Of a stretch of DNA of 64,000 nt, positions 55,366 through 64,000 are shown piece after piece. The DNA lies in NCBI RefSeq assembly GCF_001949145.1, contig NW_019091355.1, positions 4,103,374 to 4,167,373 of the forward strand. The letters are read 5' to 3'. Both the position numbers and the translations under genes were made by a program. The stretch comes from Acanthaster planci (lineage: Eukaryota). How positions within the stretch are numbered: the first letter of the stretch is position 1; each line of letters opens with the position of its first letter. The notes beneath the pieces are model-generated. The model worked only from the letters and a program-made list of their open reading frames with translations. It did not search any database and was not told where the DNA came from.

Positions 55366-55380
55366 CCAAGAGAGGGCGCT
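55366..55380 (+). promoter_or_regulatory. CTCF-like motif
   Basis: (TGG)CCAAGAGAGGGCGCT fits the CTCF core pattern; same 15-mer as at 33708. Confidence 0.45.
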
Positions 55381-57233
55381 TTGCCAGTTGGCAATGGTAT
55401 CCAAGGTAAAGAACACTTGCGCTTTGCTGAGAAGTTCACGCAGGAATATAAATGACAAAGATGGTTGTATTGTAGGGAGGGGTGACAAAATAATGTATCT
55501 TTTTCTCCATAAGTAAATGTATGCGTCTACATGTTTGGTCTGTGAATGAGTCGCAGTACATTACCGATCATTCAGGCAGGCAAATTCTACATTACGGATA
55601 TTTTTCAGCATATCATCTTGTACGAGGCTTATGCACATGTACATACTAGTATATGTATGCATTACATGTGCCTGCTGTCTTCGGGAGCAATAACCAAGCT
55701 CATTAGTACACATTATTCCAAGGGTAATCACCGCATGATTTCACCCGCTGAGTAGGTACATTGCCCCAAGACATGACACTTTCCCACAACAGACCCTGCC
55801 CAGTAAAAAAAAAAATCCCTCAGCCTGGCTCCTACCATTGGAAAGTGCTGTTCGGTAGCAGACAAGCCTGGGGTGTTGTAATTTCCCTCCTAAACTGATT
55901 GACAAAATGCATTGACTCAGAGGACAAAAAAAAAAAATTGGCACTCTCTACACCACCTCAGTGTTGCCCCCATCAGTGTGAGAGGTCACTAACAGTGGGA
56001 TGCCTCATTGAAATGACTGATGGAGGACCTCCTGCAGGACCTCAGGGTTCTCCATTTCAGTTTCCATTTTTTTCCCCCCTAAACGCTGGGGACCCTACTC
56101 CAGCCTCCAGGGAATCAATTGTGCATATTTTCCTGTATCCTCCGGAGGTCCACTGACCTATGCAATGATGCCCGGGCTCCATGTAACTGCATGCAAGCCT
56201 GAGAACAGGGGGTCGAGGAAAAGTCGGCACCCTATGAAAGATGCAAATGTGCGATAGCTAGTTGGATCACGCTCGGTCAGTGGGGAAATGGGATGGGATT
56301 AAGTTGCATACAAAGACGTTCTAAGAGAAAATGTCAACGCTTTAAATACTGCAGCAGGATCTGTTGCCTTTGACAGAGACATTTGAGAAACTAGAGCTTT
56401 TGAAGGCAACGATAAAAAACAGCAGTGAGCACTTAACAATAACCGCTGTGCCGCTTATGATTCCTTTTTTTTTTTCATCAAGCTTCTGGATCAAACCATA
56501 TCGACAAGTGTGAGAATAAATAATCACCGCCCCACAGCAGCACAGGGTGTACGGTGCAGTACTTGTACCCCTTCATGTACCAATTCCTTGCTTCTATAGC
56601 AACCTTTATACAAAAAAAACCTTAATGATAAGCTCAGGATTTTCCTGATTTTAAAAGAGATTTGACGCAAAGAAAATCTTGAAGAAAAGATCCTGAAATC
56701 AGGAAAAGTCCTGACAAATCTCACCCCTGTGTCAAAACCTTGCTCATTTCAGCAGTTCCTTTCTCATTTTACATGTATGTACATGTACGATTGACAAGTG
56801 CTTTGGCCGTAAGCAGGGCAACGAAAAGTCGAAGCTGGGTTTGAAAAGCAGAAATATCTGACAACGATCAAGAAAAATGACTGGCGTGAGTGATTTTGTA
56901 GGGCTTCTTTGCTGAAGATGACATCATGCAACAACCGGCATACTGGGGGAAGGGGTGGGGGGGGTTAGGAGAGAATAGACACTGACTTCGGGTAGTCTAG
57001 CACAACCGAGACATAATAGAATCCACACATCACCATGAGACACATCCATAACATCCCTTGCATAAGTGATGACCACTCTGATGCGATGATTGTCACACAC
57101 GCTGCCAGAACTGATGGCCCACATGTTGACTTGGCTATTCACTGAAGTTCCTAAAAAAGCAGCTCGGAGCATCTGGGTCTGCCACTGTCCCAACCATTCA
57201 CCAGCACCACACGTGAGGGAAGGTGTGATTCAC

Positions 57234-57287
57234 GGGGGAGGGGTGGGGGGAGGGGGTGGGGGGAGGGGGTGGGGGTGAGGGGAAGGG
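57234..57287 (+). repeat. G-rich low-complexity tract (potential G-quadruplex)
   Basis: At least eight G-runs of 3-6 nt separated by 1-3 nt. Confidence 0.7.
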
Positions 57288-58927
57288 AAGAGACGTACCT
57301 TTCATCCTTTCCATCTCCCAGTTAAATCAGAAATTCCCACTCTGTAAATTACCCCCTGAATAACGAACGTTGTACCAGTTGGCAATCCCTAAAGTCATCT
57401 AATTTATCCCTCGACGAATAACTGGCCGGCCATCTGACAGGAGCAGGGATGGGGAAGGGGGGAGAGGGAAGGCAAGGGTGTTTTGATGTGACAAGCCTCT
57501 TTACAGTGATCCATTACTAGCTGGGCCAGGTCATCTGACGTGATTTACTGGAATGTCTACCAGCCCGTGTCTGTTTACAGACAGGTAAATGCATGCTTTA
57601 ACATCAAAGCTTGTGTGAGACGCATTAGGCCCGTGCGTGTCTCTGCAATTTCAATGACGACTGTTCAGAGTGCCAGTTTGGGGAATTTTCGGGGAATGAG
57701 TGGGGGGAGAACAAGGGACTTCCATCAAGTCAATGACTCTCTTGTTGCCCAGGTGATGAGCACACCCTAAGTTTGACAAAGGTGGAATGGCATCCATGCT
57801 ATTTTATATTACATAGGAAAAAGCATAATCGTGTTGCAATGCCTCCAATGCAACAAAAACATTCCAAACGTACATGTAAGCATAAGAAGTTTGCTGCTTT
57901 TTAAAAAATGTTGTGACAAGTACCATACAATACCGGTAACTGTACCCGCAACATAAGTTTATATGCCGAAAAGTATTAATATAAGAAAAAAAAACAGTAG
58001 ATTGCAACTATTCAATATTTGAAGTGTAGAGTTCCTTTAGGAGTGCATCTTTCCAGGACAGAATTTACTCCAGAAAATTGCCGTTAGATTTGTATAATAT
58101 GTAAGGATAATGAATTCCTGGTGCTACGGTAACACTGCAGATGCCTTCTTTTTTTCCTTTACACTTTCACATCATCTCTCCCACTTTTTTCCCATTAATG
58201 CATCTGTGCAAGCAGACTGGACAAACGTCAATACAGAGCCACAATTGCGCATTTGTGTTTCTGATTGATTTTTCAATTTTCAACGGGCTGTCGGGAGTCA
58301 ATTCGAACTCACACTTTTGTACTCCCGTATTTGCAGGGCCACAACTTGTGTGGCCACTGCCTTGTACGAAATATGGCTTAATGTGCCTGCACGTCTTGTG
58401 TCTGCCCTGTAAATAGCAGTCTATTGACGGGGAATATTTGCCCTTACCATTTTGAATTCCTCTGAGTGCCTCTGAAGACATTTGGCCGAGGAAATAATCA
58501 ATATGGGGTATTCAACTAAGGACCAAAGCAATGGCCAACCAAACACAAGGCAATATAAATGTTTGTATTCATTGCCTATAGAGCACAAATAGAATCAGTC
58601 AAATGAAGAAAAATCAATACACATGAATCTGTAATAATAGTTAGCAGATTTACATGAACACTTCACAACAGCCTTGAAATTTTCCTTAGTTGTGTTTTTC
58701 AACTATCTGATTACATGTATACCTACATGTACTGCAGCAAAATGTTGCCAAAGTTTTATTTTCTCAAGTGACAGCAATCAATTAAGTTTCAGGGAGAAAT
58801 GAAAGTATTGATGTATCGCAGAAATTGCCAACAAAATAAAATGCAGCAATTTAAAAATAGAATTACCGGTATCTCGATATTCAGGAAACTTTCAAGATTT
58901 TTTTTTTTTTTGCGCTGGGGAGATGTT

Positions 58928-59046
58928 AATTTATATAACAGGTTTTGCCCTTACCCAACGTATATATAACTAAACAGTGTATGCACTGACCATACAGTGT
59001 TTATTACTATATACATTGGGTAAGGGCAAAACCCTTTATATAAATT
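58928..59046. repeat. Long near-perfect inverted repeat (56-bp arms, 7-nt loop)
   Basis: Left arm 58928-58983 pairs with right arm 58991-59046, including a perfect GGTTTTGCCCTTACCCAA/TTGGGTAAGGGCAAAACC core; loop CACTGAC. Confidence 0.9.
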
Positions 59047-59859
59047 CAGGAAACTATTAAGGTCTCACTCTCAGCATGATTATGTGAAATAAACTTTCTA
59101 ACATATCCTTGGCAATATACTGGGTATATTGTCGATACTGTCCAGTGCTATGTGGAATGTTCAAAATGTTTAGTTCAACACCGTTTGTATTTTAACCATT
59201 CTGTTGCATCTTCTGCCAGGAGACCTTTATTTTCCCAATGACGTTTCAGACTAAACAAATACAAAAATGCAACCAAATACCAGGTAACTGACAGAAACGT
59301 GTAAATTCAAGCGTACAGGTAACATTTGTGACCCAAAAATTAAAGGGCCTGGCGTTAGGCATGGTTTATTTCCTGCAAGCTGTGCACGGCCCAAAGCTTC
59401 TACATGTATACCGGTACATACATGTAGAGAGCCCAGAGAGTACAGTGCCAACTTAAGACTTGCACCAAAACGGCTGTTTATTATGTGTGCAGTACCGAAT
59501 ACAGGTGTTGTGTGCTAATTGTCCATGTGCCCTGATGCATCCTCTGCCATTTTGGCTCCAACAATCGAAACACTCATGCCCAACTCTCTCTATAATTTTG
59601 GTATAAACGGCTCTGGCACAAACTGCACTGCGTGGAACTCTGCTGTTCACGAGTCCACACTAGGTAAGGTTGGCAGATTATTGTGCATCTATATTGTACG
59701 TGTACGTTAGGCATGACTTGCAGATCACAAAGCTAGACGGATGAAGATTTTAATAAAATGTCGACTGATGCATCTCTGTGCTCAGGGAGTCTAATTTGTT
59801 GCAAAAAGGCAAAAGCTTGATCTATCTCTATGAATCAGAGACCAATCTGTTGATGCCTC

Positions 59860-60165
59860 ATTGGCCTTATTCACGAGTCCGCCATATTGACTTGGAAGCA
59901 AGGCTGACTTTTTTTTATTCTGGGAACCTGGTAATAAAATGAAAGCCATTTAATAAAAGTTTAATAAAAAAATTAATGTCATTTACACCGATGAATAATT
60001 AAAAATTGTGACCAATAAGATCTAACTGTTTTAAGCCACATTAAAAAAAAGTGAAAGTGGGGCATGGAACACAAAAAAGTCTGGCACCAACCCTTTAACA
60101 GATTACACTGAATAAGATATATTCAGGGGACAGTCTAAAATGGCTTCCCTATGAATAAGGTCTAT
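59860..60165. mobile_element. MITE-like element (AT-flanked)
   Basis: Inverted ends ATTGGCCTTATTCA / TGAATAAGGTCTAT (2 mismatches), with subterminal CCGCCATATTG and AAAATGGC (YY1-like) motifs. Confidence 0.55.
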
Positions 60166-63100
60166 TGTCTGTTATATTGGGTAAATTGTACATTATACAT
60201 ATACATGTATGCCAACCGTACTGATTCCACATGTAGTGTGGACATGTGAACAAAAGAGAAGGTCCAAGTGATGCAGATTGAGCAAACCTTCTGTGGACAT
60301 ACAGGCCAGGTCCTCACAAGGTACCGATATACGCCCTTTCTGGAGCACAGTTCTAGATGCATTTTGGAGTTTGGGAACGTTCCCAGCAAAAGGAAGAAGA
60401 ATGGTCAAGGAAAGTCAGCTTTTGATAAGAGAGTGTTCACAGTGCAAGAAAAACGAGCATTTGCACTGAGCTTTATGTGCAAACAAAGGACACTAAATGG
60501 ATAATGTACATGTGTAAACATGTGCGCACACATACTGATATGTTGTGCATGTACAAGTACATGTGCATTCTAGATACATGAGCCGAGTCAGAAAAAGAAA
60601 GATCACTGGAGTGCAAATGAACCATTTCATCTATTCAATTACTATTTCTGGAATTTGAATGGTCCAAGATTTTCAAATATGGATTTCCCTTTTTTCTGCA
60701 TACTTGGTACTTCGTTCTTCTGATGGAGATTCAGTGTCCTTTCGGCAACTCTTTGGTCCAGTGGTGATGACACGGAAAGCTGAAAATTTGAAGATTGTAT
60801 TTCTTCAAATAAGCCAACTAAATTTATGCTAATCAAATTGTGATTTTCATGGCCTTGAACAACTGGGTTCGCCGTTTGGCTGTTAAGTCGGCAAGCTCGG
60901 CAATAGCGGAAATCAGCCACTGACGAACAGGATAATTATTTTTCCATCAAAGAGAAATCACTTTTCTAGCCAGAAATGCATATAAATGCCCCAGATTCAC
61001 ACAGAGATACCGGGTAAAGCAATGTGGGAGCTAGTGCTTTGGTAAATAAAAGACATGTATACAAATGTCCACTTAGTTGGATAAACTCTTGTCAGCAAAC
61101 ACTGTGCACTTTAATCAACAAATCTGACACATTTTTTTTGGGGGGGGGGCTACCATCCAAACTAGAAACCAAGAATTTGCCACTGGTGTTCATGGCCGTA
61201 ATGGAGCATGCGATCGACATACGATATCTTCCCTCTCTGCTCTATCCCCAAAAGGTGACCTAGAAATGTTAAGGTATATCGGTATGTATCGGGAAAACTT
61301 TGGCGAGTGAGGACACAGAAGGAGATCTAGACTATACATGTACGGTGCAAGAAGCTGTCCCACTCCCACTCGTTAAATATCCAACCAAATGACTGGAGGA
61401 GAAAAATTCTGACAATCAAGCTTGTCCAATGCATACATGCAGCTCAGAACCGCCAGGCACAGTGTTGAACCCAACCGTTCTTTATATTTACTCTGATCTC
61501 GGGACGCAAACCCAACAAGAGAGACCAAATATCAGCCGCCTGCGATAATGTCCGTTGCTTAGACAAGGAAAAACCACACACAAAAAAAAAAAAGGAAAGA
61601 AAAGAAAAAAGACCCAGCAAGAGGAATCTACAGCCGGCTTGCCAATATGGGCTCGGTGTCAGTGACAACACGTAGGCTCACATTTGATACGCCAAAATCA
61701 ATAGCAGCAAAACCGGCTGTATGATGCCGCTGTGGCTCGGCGTGTGACAGATTAACCGGTATCACATGAAAGTGAACGCTCGGTCGCAAGTCAAGCTGCA
61801 GCCTGAAATGTTCAGCAAGGATCTTTGATTTACACGACCTGGTTTAACAGAAACATGACGACTACCCAGATGAGAGTATACATACATGTACATGAAACAT
61901 GTACGTGTTTGACGATGAAGCAAGAATAATGGAGACCACAGGAGCAGTACCTACATGTATGTCTGTTTGTTGTATGTTTAAGTGTACAGATATCCATGTA
62001 CTGGTACAGATGTATTTTGTTCACATGCAGTGTACAAGTATTTTTGATGGTATACAATAAAAATACTTCGTATTGCCACAACGTCCATGTAGATTTCAGT
62101 CTTGTGAGCAGGCATCATGATACAATGCTTCTGGAGAGTGCAACAGACCAAGTCAAAAAAGAAAAAGACACTGCATGCCGGGCTAAACAGGCCTGGAAGT
62201 ACATAGCCAGCCCCAGCTCAAAGTGAATGGAGACTGTGCTGGGTTGACCCCCCCATGCCAGTCTGCAAAACACCGTCAGCACTTAGGCCAGATAAATCAC
62301 ACTTAGAGGAGAATGTGTCAGGGTGAATACCGCAGCGCATCGTCGTCTGCGATTACGAATTGCAGCCACGTGCCGCGGCTCAGGCAGAGTCAACTCCAGG
62401 GCGAGATGTCGCATGTACACGTGTGATGGGCATCCGTGGGGATGCATCTTCCAAAAAAAAAAGACAGAGAGAGAGAGAGAGACAGAGAATGGAAACTGGA
62501 GAAGTAAACCGATTCAATCTCATCTATCTAAATTGTCTGATGCTGGAAATGGCTGATCATATTAGTAGGTGGGTGTACATAATGGCTCGGCTTATGATGT
62601 CCGTGGGAAAAAAATGAGACAAAATTTGACTGAAGTGGAGAGGGATAAGAAGAGGAGGCACTCAAATGGAAAATTTCAAGAAAGCTTCGGCTAAAAACAG
62701 CACTGATTCCAGGTACTGTGGTAATGTCGGCCACGACTCTTGATGATGTGCACGACTTTCTCTGACTTGGGGTGCAATTAAACTGCAGGGTGTCCAGGCA
62801 TCTTAAATTACATGTATGCAACGGTCTGGATAGAGCTCCAAAATACACCAAGTGCAAAATCCTCATACATGTAAACATGCATCTGTCGGATGTACTACAT
62901 GTACTGTAGATTTAGAAGTGTCGATATCTTTATAAATACACATGATCGGATTAACAGATGACAATTCTCTGGTCACATATGTACAGGGGAAACCTAATAT
63001 TTCTCCTCCAGGAAATACATGTACACGTACTGAACTAAACTCAAGCTTTTAAAAAATTTGAACCACCTGTGCGGTATACTGCCCTGTATACCAATCAGTT

Positions 63101-64000
63101 ATTAATAACATTTTAGATGTAGCCACACAAATCTGTGCATGTATAATGACAGCACGTTCTGGCTATAAACGACCAATGCCCCATTTTCAATAAGGGAATT
63201 ATGTGCTTGGCTGGTCCCAAACGTTGCTTATGACAATGTGCATTGCTTTTGACTCAGTCATTTTCAGCATCCGTGCACCTGATCAGGTCTTAATTGAATA
63301 AACTGTCTTAAATCCATTTACAAAGTCAAAACAAGTTTTAAAATTATAAATTTCCCAAGATTTACTCGGCAGTTTTACTCCTTTTTTCCCACACACACCC
63401 TCTAGCCATGTTATGATACTGTGTGGTATGTTCCGCCTTGGAGTAACAGCAACCAATCTCCTCATGTATACAGATTGGCACCCATGTGGTGCGTATACTG
63501 CGTGAGGTGGCGAAAGGCAGCCGGTGTTTTATCATCTGCTTAAGACTGGCCATGTGACCACTCTCAACCAATAGGAATGGTTAATCTGTCTTAAGCACAG
63601 TACTTATAAATACAGCTTTTACAGTGGTGTACAAATGAGGATCCGTGTTAATTCCCTACAACACACGGTGCATGTAGTTTCATGTTTTTTTTCTTTACAA
63701 GGTAGATGTATCCAGTGACATTACTTACAGGACTTTTAATCTGTGGTAGCAACACTTCTTTCAAACATTTTACTGGCGGCAACAAAACACTATTCCCTTT
63801 TTCTACAGATAAACTGTACATGTATGTAAATGTAGATGAACATTCGTTTTTCTTTCCAGTCGAGAAAATTTTTGTCTCAAGTCTCTGATTGAAATTACTG
63901 ACGTACGTTTCCAAACTCCAGAGTAAATACTTATGCCATGTTACGCTTAAGTTTAACGTAATGACAACTTCTGCATCAGAACGCTTACTATTTATCCTAC

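Noticed and set aside
33400..64000. Numerous 60-165 aa ORFs
   Set aside because: None shows a recognisable family motif, coding-like composition or consistent splice pattern; consistent with random ORFs in non-coding DNA.

Overview
Eukaryotic (animal) genomic DNA, not prokaryotic: mostly non-coding, with GT-AG introns, MITE/SINE/LINE remnants and one 120-N assembly gap. The only well-supported gene is the 5' half of a cGMP-dependent protein kinase I (PRKG1/foraging-type) on the minus strand. Six coding exons (32044-32327, 21551-21717, 9506-9619, 3194-3299, 2665-2728, 1057-1134) splice in frame (intron phases 2,1,1,2,0,0) into 813 nt / 271 codons. They encode a PKG I-beta-type leucine zipper, the autoinhibitory segment, cNMP-binding domain A and the start of domain B; the gene continues past the left edge. 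Exons 4 and 5 are not visible in their coding frame in the ORF track. Positions 33-64 kb have no convincing coding sequence but carry non-autonomous DNA transposons, CTCF-like motifs and a long near-perfect hairpin. The octamer TACATGTA is strongly over-represented except around the CpG-rich first exon. The overall look suggests a marine invertebrate, possibly an echinoderm, but that is inference only. I found no convincing novel multi-gene system; the most interesting signals concern PKG sequence evolution, regulatory motifs and transposon termini.
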